Both the position numbers and the translations under genes were made by a program. From Gemmatimonadaceae bacterium (lineage in GTDB: Bacteria > Gemmatimonadota > Gemmatimonadetes > Gemmatimonadales > Gemmatimonadaceae), in NCBI GenBank assembly GCA_040901985.1, contig JBBDYC010000003.1, positions 28,283-92,282 on the forward strand: a DNA stretch of 64,000 nucleotides, in the 5' to 3' direction. Below are positions 54,186 through 64,000 of this stretch, piece by piece. The notes below the pieces were generated by a model that was not told where the DNA came from, searched no databases, and saw only the letters and a list, made by a program, of their open reading frames with translations. The first letter of the stretch is position 1. Each line of letters starts with the position of its first letter.

Positions 54186-54655
54186 CCGCTCTTCCCGCCG
54201 GCCTTCGCGACCACCCGGATTCCCTCGATCCGCATCCCCCGGTCGGCACTCTTCGCCATATCGTAGACGGTGAGGAGGGCGACCGAGACCGCAGTCAGCG
54301 CCTCCATCTCCACGCCGGTCGGGCCGACGCAGCGCACCTCGGCCTCGCAGCTGACGCCGGGGAGTGCGTCATCGAGCGCGAACCGCACCTGGACGTCGGT
54401 CAGGGCGAGCGGATGGCAGAGCGGGATCAGCTCGGCGGTGCGCTTGGCGGCGAGCACGCCGGCGATGCGTGCCGCGCCGAGGACGTCGCCCTTCGTGAGC
54501 TGCCCGTCGCGCACTGCGGCGAACGCGGCGCCGCTCATCGTGATCCGCCCCTCGGCGACGGCACGCCGCGCCGTGGCCGGCTTGGCGCTCACGTCCACCA
54601 TTGATGCCTCGCCGCCCGGGGCGAGGTGCGAGAGCTTCCGTGGGCCCTCGGTCAT
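54182..54655 (-). CDS. moaC: Cyclic pyranopterin monophosphate synthase MoaC
   Basis: [37 protein letters not shown]. Confidence 0.96.
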   Translation of the reverse strand: MTEGPRKLSHLAPGGEASMVDVSAKPATARRAVAEGRITMSGAAFAAVRDGQLTKGDVLGAARIAGVLAAKRTAELIPLCHPLALTDVQVRFALDDALPGVSCEAEVRCVGPTGVEMEALTAVSVALLTVYDMAKSADRGMRIEGIRVVAKAGGKSG

Positions 54656-55713
54656 CGCGCGCCCCCGGCAATCACCTCGAGGAGCCGGGCGGTGACCAGC
54701 TGCGGGTTGGCGTTGCCCTCGGCGGCGCGCTTGGCGTCCTCGACCGCCGGCACGACCCGCGCCGCTCGGCGCGCGGTGGTGCCGTCGCCACGCGAGGCGG
54801 CCTCGCGCACGCGCTCGTGAAGGAGGACGGTGAGCGCATCGAGGACATCGGTAAAGGCGCCGCGTGCCCGTGCCGAGCCCGACGTGAAGGCGGCGCGGAG
54901 CCGCTGCTCCGGGCCGCCGTCGGCCGCCGCGAGCAGGGCGCGCGCCCGGATGATCGCCGCCGCGCGCCCCTCGGCGCCGATCAGCGCGCCCGGCGCGCCT
55001 GCGGCGAGCCGCACGAGTGCCGCAGTGCCGTCGGTCGGCAGCGATGGCGCCACCAGCGGGTCGGTGACGAACGCGCGCACCACCGCCTCCGGCACCGGCG
55101 CGACGCGCACGGCCACCACGCGCGAGCGGATGGTCGGGAGGAGCGCCCCGGGTTCGCTCGACGTCAGGATGATCGTCGTGTCGGCGGGAGGCTCCTCGAG
55201 CAGCTTCAGGAACGCATTGGCCGCTTCCGGCGATGCCGATTGCGGGACCATCCGCTCGGCGTCGCCGATCACGAGGACCTTCCGCCTGGCAATCGCCGGC
55301 GTTCGCGACGCGAGTTGCACGAGCAGACGCGTTACGTAAATGAAGATCCCCGCCGACCCGTCGGGGCGCGGATAAAGGCCGTGCGCCTCGGCGCGCTCCT
55401 GCAGTGCCTCGTCGTATTCCTCCTGCACCTTGTCGAGCGCGATGTCGCTGGAGTTGGCAATCCGTGGTCGCGGGAAGAACCAGCGCAGGTCGGGGTGTTG
55501 CAGCGCGAGGACGTAGCGGCAGGCCTGGCACTCGCCGCAGGGGCGCGAGGCGCCGTCGCAGAGCACGCGCTGGCCGAGCCAGAGGGCGAGGCGTTGCTTG
55601 CCCACGCCGGCCGGACCGTGGAAGAGCAGCCCGGCCGGGAGCGCGCCGCGGTCGGACTGCGCGGCAAGGCGTTCGCGAAGGGCGTCGTGGCCGTATAGTG
55701 GGATCAGGGGCAC
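54652..55713 (-). CDS. holB: DNA polymerase III subunit delta'
   Basis: [36 protein letters not shown]. Confidence 0.9.
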   Translation of the reverse strand: MPLIPLYGHDALRERLAAQSDRGALPAGLLFHGPAGVGKQRLALWLGQRVLCDGASRPCGECQACRYVLALQHPDLRWFFPRPRIANSSDIALDKVQEEYDEALQERAEAHGLYPRPDGSAGIFIYVTRLLVQLASRTPAIARRKVLVIGDAERMVPQSASPEAANAFLKLLEEPPADTTIILTSSEPGALLPTIRSRVVAVRVAPVPEAVVRAFVTDPLVAPSLPTDGTAALVRLAAGAPGALIGAEGRAAAIIRARALLAAADGGPEQRLRAAFTSGSARARGAFTDVLDALTVLLHERVREAASRGDGTTARRAARVVPAVEDAKRAAEGNANPQLVTARLLEVIAGGAR

Positions 55714-55731
55714 CGGCGTAAGATAGTCCGT

Positions 55732-56931
55732 ATGGGAAGACGACGCCTTGCCTCCACCGCGCTCCGGCTTGCGATGGCCGTCAGCACCGCCGCCATTGCG
55801 GTGGCGCCTCCGTCGCGCCTCGATGCACAGCTGACCGAGCGCGTCCGCGCCCGCGCACTCGGCGTTGCACCGGGCATCTTCCCGACCGGCGCGCACAATG
55901 CCATCACCGACGTGATCGGCGTGCGCGTCGGGCAGGTGACGTTGCGCGAGGGCGAGACGGTGCGCACCGGCGTGACCGCCATCCTGCCGCACGGCGGCAA
56001 CGTGTATCGGGCGCGTGTGCCGGCCGCCCTGCACGTGGGGAACGGGTTCGGCAAGTTCATCGGCGGTACGCAACTCGCCGAGTTGGGCGAGCTCGAGACG
56101 CCGATTGTGCTCACCTGCACCCTCTGCGTCTGGAAGGCCGCCGACGCGATGGCGGCGTGGATGCTCGAGCAGCCGGGGATGGAGCAGGTGCGCTCGATCA
56201 ATCCGGTGGTGGGCGAGACGAACGATGGGGCGCTCAACGACATTCGCGCGCGCCCGGTCACGGCGGGCGACGTCCGCCGGGCGCTCGACGCCGCGGCCGA
56301 CGGGCCGGTGGAGGAGGGAAGCGTCGGCGCGGGCACGGGTACGAGCGCGTTTGGGTGGAAGGGCGGCATTGGGACCTCGTCGCGCGTCCTGCCGGCCGCA
56401 CTCGGCGGCTGGACGGTGGGCGTGCTCGTGCAGAGCAACTTCGGCGGCGTGCTGCAGGTGCTCGGGGCGCCAGTGGGCCGCGAGCTCGGGCGCTTCGCGT
56501 TCCAGCGCGCGGTGTCGGTGGACGATCGCGGCGACGGGTCGGTGATCATCGTCATCGCGACCGACGCGCCGGTCGGCGACCGCAACCTCGGCCGGGTGGC
56601 GGCACGGGCGATGATGGGATTGGGCCGCACGGGGAGCTCGGCGTCCAACGGCAGCGGCGACTACGCGCTCGCGTTCTCGACCGCGGAGTCGGTGCGGCGG
56701 GCCTACGATGCGCGGCGGCTCGTCACGACCGAGCTGGCCAACGAGGAGATGAGCGCCGTGTTCCAGGCGACGGTAGAGGCGGTCGAGGAGGCGATCTACA
56801 ACTCGCTCTTCATGGCGACGACGGTGACGGGGAACGGCCGGAGCGTCGAGGCGATCCCGCTGGACCGGGTGCGGGAGATTCTCGCGCGGTACGGGATCCC
56901 TAGGCGTGACGACCGCGACTCGCCTCGGTGA
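55732..56931 (+). CDS. DmpA-family (S58/P1) aminopeptidase
   Basis: [39 protein letters not shown]. Confidence 0.92.
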   Translation: MGRRRLASTALRLAMAVSTAAIAVAPPSRLDAQLTERVRARALGVAPGIFPTGAHNAITDVIGVRVGQVTLREGETVRTGVTAILPHGGNVYRARVPAALHVGNGFGKFIGGTQLAELGELETPIVLTCTLCVWKAADAMAAWMLEQPGMEQVRSINPVVGETNDGALNDIRARPVTAGDVRRALDAAADGPVEEGSVGAGTGTSAFGWKGGIGTSSRVLPAALGGWTVGVLVQSNFGGVLQVLGAPVGRELGRFAFQRAVSVDDRGDGSVIIVIATDAPVGDRNLGRVAARAMMGLGRTGSSASNGSGDYALAFSTAESVRRAYDARRLVTTELANEEMSAVFQATVEAVEEAIYNSLFMATTVTGNGRSVEAIPLDRVREILARYGIPRRDDRDSPR

Positions 56932-56949
56932 GCCGCGCTGGCCGACGCT

Positions 56950-57399
56950 TCACTTGGTGGTCGCGGCCCGTCCGGTGATCTCGTCCACGTGGATGCGAAA
57001 GAGGATCGCGCGCTCGGGGAGCGGGTCGTCGGGCGTCAGGGTCTCGGGGATGAGCGTGCGCAAAAGCCGGACGCCCTTTTGGTAGACCGCCTGCTCCACC
57101 TTGCTGCCCTCGGGCCGCAGCAGGTAGATCCCGCCCTTCACGACCACCGATTCCCACTCAAAGAGCCCGCGCACGTCGTCCACCTCGAACGCCACCCAGC
57201 GGTTGTGGCTGGCGAGCTCGAGCTTGGTCCCGGCCGCGGTGCGGCCGTAGAGCCAGCCGTCGTCGTACACGTAGTGGATCGGGACGATTTCCACACGGTC
57301 CCGATGGGCCAGCGCCAGGCGACCGACGTTGTGCCGGGCCAGCAGGGCCTGGCACGCCGCCGAGTCGAGTTCGTGGAAGGTCGGTCGAGGCGTTCCCAT
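56950..57399 (-). CDS. Pyridoxamine 5'-phosphate oxidase-like flavin-binding protein
   Basis: VGRLAL, IVPIHY, GTKL, VAFEVD, WESVVVKG, ITGR. Confidence 0.85.
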   Translation of the reverse strand: MGTPRPTFHELDSAACQALLARHNVGRLALAHRDRVEIVPIHYVYDDGWLYGRTAAGTKLELASHNRWVAFEVDDVRGLFEWESVVVKGGIYLLRPEGSKVEQAVYQKGVRLLRTLIPETLTPDDPLPERAILFRIHVDEITGRAATTK

Positions 57400-57415
57400 C
57401 GGACGGTCTCCGGGA

Positions 57416-58564
57416 TCAGCGACTGAGCGCACGGTAGGCCTGCAGCACGCGGTCGAGCGCCTCCTCAGGCGTCGCCCCGTCGGCGGAGAGATGCCCCATC
57501 TTCCGCCCCCGACGCGCCTCGCGCTTCCCGTAGAGATGCACCCGGACGCCGGGAATCGCCAGCGCGCGCGTGAAGTCTGGCGCGGCGGGCTCCCAGAGAT
57601 CGCCGAGCAGGTTGTGGATCGCCGCCGGCCGCACGACCTCCACCGCGCCGAGCGGGAGATGGCAGATCGCGCGCACCAGTTGCTCGAACTGGCTCGTTGG
57701 ATGCGCGCGCTCGGAGTGGTGATAGGTGTTGTGCGGTCGCGGCGCGAGCTCGTTCACCAGGAGGGTGTCGTCGCCGAGGATGAACAGCTCCACCGCGAGT
57801 AGCCCGACGACGCCGAGGCGCTCGGCGATCTCCCGCGCGAGGTCCTGTGCGCGGGCGGCCAGCTGGGGGGCGATGCCCGACGGCGTCACCGCCCAGGTGA
57901 GCACGCCATCGGTGTGCAGGTTGCGCGACGGAGGGTAGGCGACGCTGACGCCGTCGGCGCGCCGGGCGACGAGCACCGAGATCTCGGTGGCGATGTCGAG
58001 GAAGGACTCGACGACACAGACCGGGGCGCCAAGGCGCGCGAATGCCGCGCGCGCGTCAGCGGCCGTTCGCACGCGGCACTGTCCGCGGCCGTCGTAGCCG
58101 CCCATCGCGCTCTTCACGATGCTCGGCCCGAGCCGCCCGACGGCCAGGCCGGCGCCGTCGGCGTCGATGACGACCTCGAACGCGCCGAGCGGAAAACGGT
58201 GCTCACGCAGCCACGCCTTCTGCCGCGCGCGCTCCTGCACCGTCACCACCGGCTCGACACCCGGGTGGAGCGGCGCGACGCGGGCCGCCGCCTCGAGCGA
58301 TTGCCGGGGAATCTGCTCGATCTCGAGCGTGACCACCGCGCAGCCCTCGGCGAGCCGGGCGGCGGCCTTGTCGTCATCCCACGGTGCGGTGATTGTCGTG
58401 GTGGCGACGCCGCGCGCTGGGCAGTCCTTGTCCGGGTCGAGCACGCGCACGTCGTAGCCAAGCGTGCGGGCGGCCATCGCCGCCATCCGGCCGAGCTGGC
58501 CGCCGCCGAGGAATCCGATCGTGGCGCCCGGGAGGACTCCCGCCGGCGCCGCCCCGCCGGTCAC
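57416..58564 (-). CDS. purK: N5-carboxyaminoimidazole ribonucleotide synthase
   Basis: [39 protein letters not shown] overlap with purE. Confidence 0.96.
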   Translation of the reverse strand: MTGGAAPAGVLPGATIGFLGGGQLGRMAAMAARTLGYDVRVLDPDKDCPARGVATTTITAPWDDDKAAARLAEGCAVVTLEIEQIPRQSLEAAARVAPLHPGVEPVVTVQERARQKAWLREHRFPLGAFEVVIDADGAGLAVGRLGPSIVKSAMGGYDGRGQCRVRTAADARAAFARLGAPVCVVESFLDIATEISVLVARRADGVSVAYPPSRNLHTDGVLTWAVTPSGIAPQLAARAQDLAREIAERLGVVGLLAVELFILGDDTLLVNELAPRPHNTYHHSERAHPTSQFEQLVRAICHLPLGAVEVVRPAAIHNLLGDLWEPAAPDFTRALAIPGVRVHLYGKREARRGRKMGHLSADGATPEEALDRVLQAYRALSR

Positions 58565-59055
58565 GGGAGGGTCTGGGCGCGCACGTCGGCGGCGCGGCTG
58601 GCACGCCACGCGCGGAGTTTTTCGCGGACCTCGGGCCGGTGCGTGCCGACGATCTCCGCGGCGAGGATTGCCGCGTTGGTCGCGCCTGGCTTGCCGATGG
58701 CCAGCGTGCCGACGGGCACGCCGGCCGGCATCTGGACGATGCTGAGCAGCGCGTCGAGGCCGTTGAGCGACGTTGCCGGCACGGGGACCCCGAGCACCGG
58801 GACGAGCGTCTTGGCGGCGACCATCCCCGGGAGGTGCGCGGCGCCGCCGGCCGCCGCGATGATCACCATCAGCCCGCGCCGCTCGGCCCCGGCGGCGTAG
58901 TCGAACATCTCGTCGGGCGTGCGGTGCGCCGAGACCACCTTGGCCTCGTACGGTATGCCGAGATGCGCGAGCAGCTCGCAGGCCGGCGCGAGAAACTCGT
59001 AGTCGGACTTCGAGCCCATAATGACGCCGACGAGGGGATCGCTGGACGCGGTCAT
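58561..59055 (-). CDS. purE: N5-CAIR mutase
   Basis: [29 protein letters not shown]. Confidence 0.98.
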   Translation of the reverse strand: MTASSDPLVGVIMGSKSDYEFLAPACELLAHLGIPYEAKVVSAHRTPDEMFDYAAGAERRGLMVIIAAAGGAAHLPGMVAAKTLVPVLGVPVPATSLNGLDALLSIVQMPAGVPVGTLAIGKPGATNAAILAAEIVGTHRPEVREKLRAWRASRAADVRAQTLP

Positions 59056-59071
59056 AGGGGAAATATGGGCG

Positions 59072-59587
59072 TCAGGCGTCGCCGTTCGCCATTGCGATGA
59101 GCGCGCGCACGGTGTTGAGGTTTCGCCCCGTGCCGATGTCGGCGAGCGGCGTCCGGAGTCTCGACTTCCCCATCCCGTCGGGATAGTGGATGTAGAGTTC
59201 GCGGCCGATCAGCGTGAGACGTTCCTTCCCCGGGATCCTCACGGCCTTGAGCGACGACTTTGGCGGCGCCTCGTCGAGGAAGATCACGAGGAGATAGCCC
59301 GGCGGCGCGTCAGGGAAGGGGTTCCGCCGCTCAACGGCTTCCAGCTCGGCGAGCGAGCGGACCAGGACGCGGCAGGGCTTCCCCAACCGCCTGAGCAGGG
59401 CCTTCTCGAGCCTGGCCTTGATTGCGGCGCTCGCGAGCGGACTCGCGCCCACCACATTCCCACTGGCGATGTAGGTGCGGACGGCCTTGAGGCCGGCCTT
59501 CGCGCAAAGCGCGCGCAACTCCGCCATCGGGAGCTTGCCGGTGCCGCCCACATTCACGGCACGGAGGAGGGCGATATGGGTCGGGAT
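59072..59587 (-). CDS. DUF1697-family protein; conserved N-terminus begins at ATC 59587, not at a canonical start
   Basis: [27 protein letters not shown]. The first canonical start (GTG 59557) lies inside the conserved motif. Confidence 0.75.
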   Translation of the reverse strand: MPTHIALLRAVNVGGTGKLPMAELRALCAKAGLKAVRTYIASGNVVGASPLASAAIKARLEKALLRRLGKPCRVLVRSLAELEAVERRNPFPDAPPGYLLVIFLDEAPPKSSLKAVRIPGKERLTLIGRELYIHYPDGMGKSRLRTPLADIGTGRNLNTVRALIAMANGDA

Positions 59588-59590
59588 AAG

Positions 59591-59663
59591 CTCCCGCGAC
59601 AGGACTCGAACCTGTGACCCGGTGATTAACAGTCACCTGCTCTACCAACTGAGCTACGCGGGA
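59591..59663 (-). tRNA. tRNA-Asn(GTT)
   Basis: TCCCGCG acceptor stem, anticodon loop CTGTTAA, GGTTCGAGTCC; TAGATT upstream. Confidence 0.95.
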
Positions 59664-59721
59664 AGGAACGCGCAATCTAACCCGTCCGCGCACCGCCCTT
59701 CAAGGCTCGACGTGATCTTGG

Positions 59722-60000
59722 CTACTTCTTGTTGCGGCGCGTTGCGGCGACGGCAATGGCGGTGCCGACCACGACGACGGCGGCCGCCGCCGCCCGCACC
59801 CGCTTGTTCTTGCTCGCCGCGACCACGGCGTCCTTCGCCCGGCCGCCAGCCGCCCGGACCTTCGTGCCGGCGCGCGACGCCGCGGCCTTGGCACCCCGGA
59901 GTGCGCCGCGCGCGCTACGCTTGGCGCTGTTCTTCGTGGCCTTCGCCTTCCGGACCGCTTTTCTCGTGGCGCGGGACGCCTTCTGCATTGTGCTGGCCAT
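59722..60000 (-). CDS. Small Lys/Arg/Ala-rich protein with C-terminal hydrophobic tail anchor
   Basis: SD AGGAG before ATG 60000; 92 aa, very basic, ends AAAAAVVVVGTAIAVAATRRNKK. Confidence 0.75.
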   Translation of the reverse strand: MASTMQKASRATRKAVRKAKATKNSAKRSARGALRGAKAAASRAGTKVRAAGGRAKDAVVAASKNKRVRAAAAAVVVVGTAIAVAATRRNKK

Positions 60001-60046
60001 CGGTGGTTGCTCCTGAGTGGAAAGTGGGGCGATGTGCTGCGTTCTC

Positions 60047-62884
60047 CTACCCGCCTGTCGCGCCAACGGATGCGCGAGCGCGGTCCACCAGCAGCGGGCC
60101 GAGGAATCGGCCGGTGTGCGACCCGGCGACCTTCACGACTGTCTCGGGCGTGCCCATCGCCACCACCCGTCCGCCGCCGTCGCCTCCATCGGGGCCGAGG
60201 TCCACGATCCAGTCGGCGCGCTTGATGACGTCGAGGTTGTGCTCGATCAGGATCACCGTGTGACCGGCGTCCACCAGCCGGTCGAGCACACCGCAGAGCA
60301 CCTCGATGTCCTGCAGGTGCAGGCCGGTGGTCGGTTCGTCGAGGATGTAGAGCTTCTTGCCGCCCTTCTTCGCGGCCAGGGCGAGTTCACGCGCGATCTT
60401 GAGTCGCTGCGACTCGCCGCCGGAGAGAGTCGTCGCCGGCTGTCCGAGGCGGAGGTAGCCGAGCCCGACCTGCTGCACCTGCCAGAGCGCCTGGCCGAGC
60501 CGCTCCTCCCTGGGAAAGAAGCGAATGGCCTCGTCCACCGTCATCTCGAGGACGTCGGTGATCCGCTTCCCGCGGTACGTCACCTCGAGCACGGCCGGCT
60601 TGTAGCGCGACCCGCCGCAGGTCTCGCAGGGCACGAAGACGTCGGCCATGAAGACCATCTCCACCTCCAGCGCCCCCGCGCCCTCGCACGTCTCGCAGCG
60701 GCCGCCCTTCACGTTGAACGAGAAGGTGCCCGGCGTGTAGCGGCGCTGCCTCGCGAGCGGCACCTCGGCGAAGATCCGCCGGATCTCGTCGAACGCCTTC
60801 ACGTAGGTCACCGGATTGGAGCGCGGCGAGCGGCCGATCGGCTCCTGGTCCACCAACACGACCTCGTCGAGCGCCTCCCAGCCGGTGAGCGTGCCGTACT
60901 CGCCGACGCGTTCGCCGAGGTGCTGGCGCGCGGTGTGCTCGCCGGTGAGGTGGCGCTCGAGTGCCCGAAAGAGGACGTCGTGGATGAGGGTGCTCTTGCC
61001 GCTCCCCGAGACGCCGGTCACGCAAGTGAGCGCGGCGAGCGGGATCCGGGCAGTGGCGTCGCGCAGGTTGTGCTCGCGCGCGTCGGTGATGGTCAGCCAC
61101 TTGGGGCCGGCGCGGCGGCGCTTCCCCGGCACCGGGACGCGACGTGCGCCGGTGACGTACTGGCCGGTGAGGGGACTCTGGCCGGCGGTACTCGTCGGAC
61201 CCGAAAACACGAGTTCGCCCCCCTGCTCGCCGCTCCCCGGGCCGAGCTCGAGCATCCAGTCCGATAGCCGGATCGCCTCGAGGTCGTGCTCGACCATCAG
61301 CACCGTGTTGCCGCTGTCGCGCAGGCGGCCGAGCAGGGCGAGGAGCCGGCCGAGGTCGCGCGCGTGGAGGCCGATGCTCGGTTCGTCGAGCACGTAGAGG
61401 GTGTCCACGAGGCGCGCGCCGAGCGAGTTGGAAAGGCCGATCCGCTGGGCCTCGCCGCCAGAGAGGGTGCGCGTCGCGCGGTCGAGCGAGAGGTAGGTGA
61501 GCCCGACGTCGCAGAGGAAGGAAATGCGGTCGCGGGCCTCGCGGAGGATATGCGCGGCGATCTCGCGCTCCCGCTCGCCAAGGGCGAGCGAGTCGAGCCA
61601 CGGCTTGAGCAGGCCGACAGGCATCGCCGCCACCTCGGCGATTGTGCGGCCGTCGACCTTCACGTGCAGGGCATCGGTCTGGAGCCGCGTCCCGCCGCAG
61701 GCGCCGCAGCGCTGCGCCGTCTGGTACTGCCGCAGGAAGATCCTGATGTACTGCTTGTACTTCTTTGGCTCGAGCGCGACGAGAAAGGGAATCATCCCCA
61801 CGTACCCCTTGGCCCGTCCGCGGAGGAGCCGCTCGTGCTGGGCGCGCGGGAGGTCACGCCAGGGGCGGTCCATCGGGATCCCCTCCTTTTGCGCGAACTC
61901 GGCGAGGGCGCGGCGCTTGGTGTCGTAGCGTGGCTTGGTCCAGGGGTCGAGCGCGCCGTCGCGCAGCGACCGCTCGGGGTAGGGGACGATCAGCGCCTCG
62001 TCGAACTCGAGCGTGGCCCCGAAGCCGTTGCAGGTCGCACAGGCGCCGCGCGGATTGTTGAACGAGAAGAGCTGGGGCGTCGGCGCGGGGGCCACGTGGC
62101 CGTCGTCCGGGCAACGAAAGCTCGTGGTGAAGCGATGCCGCGCCCCGTGCGCGCCCAATCCGTCCCCGGCGACGACGACGGCCTCGCCGTCCCCCTCGCG
62201 GAACGCGGTCTCCAGCGCATCGGTGAGGCGCGAGCGCGCGTCGTCGGTGATGGCGAGGCGGTCGGTCACGACGAGAAGTTCGGTGGCCTTCGCGAGGTCG
62301 GGCACCCGGCCGGTGAGTTCGTCGAGGTGGTGCACCGCGCCGTCGGCGACGATGCGCACGAAGCCCTTGGCCCGGAGGTGTTCGAGGATCCGTGCGTGGG
62401 TGAGCTTCGCCGAGCGCGCGAACGGGAACGTGACGTGCAGCCGCGTCGCCGCCGGAAGCGCGAGGATGAAGTCGGCGGCCGATTCCGGCGAATCGGGGCG
62501 CAGCTCGCGGCCACAGACCGGACAGAGCGTCCGCCCGACGCGCGCCCAGAGCAGGCGCAGGTAATCGTAGATCTCGGTCGCCGTCCCGACGGTCGAGCGC
62601 GAGGTGCGGGTCGGATTCTTTTGCTCGATCGCCACGGCGGGAGAGAGGCCGTCAATGCTGTCCACGTCCGGTTTCGGCATCCGCTCGAGAAACTGGCGGG
62701 CGTACGCCGACAGGGACTCGACGTACCGCCGCTGGCCCTCGGCGTAGATCGTGTCGAACGCGAGGGTGGACTTCCCCGACCCCGACGGACCGGTGATGAC
62801 GGTGATCGCGCGCCGGGGGAATTCGACCGCGATGTTGCGCAGGTTGTGCTGGCGCGCGCCGCGGACGACGATGCGGTCTTTCAT
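60047..62884 (-). CDS. uvrA: Excinuclease ABC subunit UvrA
   Basis: GARQHNL, two Walker A motifs (GPSGSGKS, GVSGSGKS), two LSGGE, zinc fingers, DEPTTGLH. Confidence 0.96.
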   Translation of the reverse strand: MKDRIVVRGARQHNLRNIAVEFPRRAITVITGPSGSGKSTLAFDTIYAEGQRRYVESLSAYARQFLERMPKPDVDSIDGLSPAVAIEQKNPTRTSRSTVGTATEIYDYLRLLWARVGRTLCPVCGRELRPDSPESAADFILALPAATRLHVTFPFARSAKLTHARILEHLRAKGFVRIVADGAVHHLDELTGRVPDLAKATELLVVTDRLAITDDARSRLTDALETAFREGDGEAVVVAGDGLGAHGARHRFTTSFRCPDDGHVAPAPTPQLFSFNNPRGACATCNGFGATLEFDEALIVPYPERSLRDGALDPWTKPRYDTKRRALAEFAQKEGIPMDRPWRDLPRAQHERLLRGRAKGYVGMIPFLVALEPKKYKQYIRIFLRQYQTAQRCGACGGTRLQTDALHVKVDGRTIAEVAAMPVGLLKPWLDSLALGEREREIAAHILREARDRISFLCDVGLTYLSLDRATRTLSGGEAQRIGLSNSLGARLVDTLYVLDEPSIGLHARDLGRLLALLGRLRDSGNTVLMVEHDLEAIRLSDWMLELGPGSGEQGGELVFSGPTSTAGQSPLTGQYVTGARRVPVPGKRRRAGPKWLTITDAREHNLRDATARIPLAALTCVTGVSGSGKSTLIHDVLFRALERHLTGEHTARQHLGERVGEYGTLTGWEALDEVVLVDQEPIGRSPRSNPVTYVKAFDEIRRIFAEVPLARQRRYTPGTFSFNVKGGRCETCEGAGALEVEMVFMADVFVPCETCGGSRYKPAVLEVTYRGKRITDVLEMTVDEAIRFFPREERLGQALWQVQQVGLGYLRLGQPATTLSGGESQRLKIARELALAAKKGGKKLYILDEPTTGLHLQDIEVLCGVLDRLVDAGHTVILIEHNLDVIKRADWIVDLGPDGGDGGGRVVAMGTPETVVKVAGSHTGRFLGPLLVDRARASVGATGG

Positions 62885-62961
62885 CGAGGGGGAAAGTTAA
62901 GCCGGGGGTGGCGCGCGCGGTGGTCGCCGTGCGAGCTTGCGGCGACCCTTTGGAGGCCGGT

Positions 62962-64000
62962 ATGGCGCGTTTCGCCCCGTCGTTCCCACACCGTCTCGCC
63001 TCAGCCGCCGTTTGCGGCGCGCTCGCGCTGCCGGCGGCTGCGCAGGCCCAGCCACCCGCCGCCAACCGGCCGACGATGTCGTTCGAGGAGTACGACCCGG
63101 CGTCAATGCTCAGGGTGCCGGGGGCGCCGGTCGTGCGCGCGCGCTTTCCGTTCATTGATGTCCACAACCACCAGCGCCGGCACACCGACTCCACCGTCAC
63201 GGCGCTGGTCGGCCAGATGGACGCGCTCAACATGGCGGTGCTGGTGAACCTGAGCGGGGGCAGCGGCGACGCGCTGCGCGCCAACGTGGCCACGCTGAAG
63301 GCCCGCTACCCGAGCCGGTTTGCCGTCTTCGCCAACCTGAGCTTCCAGGGGATTGACGATCCGGCGTGGGGCCGCAATGCCGCGGCGCAACTCGAACGCG
63401 ACGTCCGCGAGGGAGGCGCCCAGGGGCTCAAGATCTTCAAGAACCTCGGGATGGACCTGCGCGACGGCGCCGGTCGCCGCATTCCCACCAATGACCCGCG
63501 GTTCGACCCGGTCTGGGCCAAGGCGGGCGAGCTCGGCATCCCGGTGTTGATCCACACGGCGGAGCCGCCGGCCTTTTTCCTTCCGGTGGACAAGCGCAAC
63601 GAGCGGTGGCTCGAGCTGACGCTCTTCCCCGGCCGCGCGCGGCCGCCCGACCGATATCCGTCGTTCGACTCGCTGATGGCCGAGCAGCACGCGGTGTTTC
63701 GCCGGCATCGCAACACGACGTTCATCAATGCCCACCTCGGCTGGTACGGCCAGGACCTGGCGCGCCTCGGCCAGCTGATGGACGAGTTGCCGAATATGGT
63801 GACCGAACTCGGCGCGGTGATCTACGAACCGGCGCGGCAGCCGCGGGTCGCCCGCGCGTTCTTCATCAAGTACCAGGGCCGGATCCTGATGGGAAAGGAT
63901 TCGTGGGTCCCCGCCGAGTACGGCACGTACTTCCGCGTCCTCGAAACGGCGGACGATTATTTCCCGTACCACAAGAAGTACCACGCGTTCTGGCCGATGT
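62962..64000 (+). CDS. Secreted amidohydrolase-family protein, 3' truncated by window end
   Basis: SD GGAGG; signal peptide; FIDVHNH, GLKIFK, PVLIH, NAH, MGKD. The frame stays open to the window end, so it is absent from the ORF track. Confidence 0.88.
   Translation, partial: MARFAPSFPHRLASAAVCGALALPAAAQAQPPAANRPTMSFEEYDPASMLRVPGAPVVRARFPFIDVHNHQRRHTDSTVTALVGQMDALNMAVLVNLSGGSGDALRANVATLKARYPSRFAVFANLSFQGIDDPAWGRNAAAQLERDVREGGAQGLKIFKNLGMDLRDGAGRRIPTNDPRFDPVWAKAGELGIPVLIHTAEPPAFFLPVDKRNERWLELTLFPGRARPPDRYPSFDSLMAEQHAVFRRHRNTTFINAHLGWYGQDLARLGQLMDELPNMVTELGAVIYEPARQPRVARAFFIKYQGRILMGKDSWVPAEYGTYFRVLETADDYFPYHKKYHAFWPM

Overview
High-GC bacterial chromosomal segment. Gene content and style suggest Gemmatimonadota (inference). 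It is mostly core genes. In order: a PilB/GspE-type ATPase fused to a receiver domain; a proteostasis block (dnaK, degP, tRNA-Leu, tig, clpP, clpX, engB); a phosphate block (DUF47-pit-ppk1, ppx, phoR, phoB) with an ArsR/metallophosphoesterase/Acr3 cassette wedged between ppk1 and ppx; a nucleotide-salvage block (udk, tandem 5'-nucleotidase, add, PNP); envelope proteases; lon; ffh-rpsP-rimM-trmD-(Ser/Thr kinase)-rplS-rnhB; an ECF sigma/CBM48 anti-sigma pair; an abgT remnant; tRNA-Lys; an outer-membrane-barrel/His-rich fusion with a two-component pair; then mltD, moaC, holB, dmpA, purK/purE, tRNA-Asn, uvrA and a partial amidohydrolase. No CRISPR array, IS or integrase was seen. The most notable signals are window-wide avoidance of the palindrome RTCGAY, the barrel plus duplicated His-motif fusion protein, an ArsC-less arsenic cassette containing a CGC-motif phosphoesterase, and apparently widespread leaderless genes, including back-to-back divergent pairs sharing 16-18 bp. 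All counts are by eye and no database searches were run.
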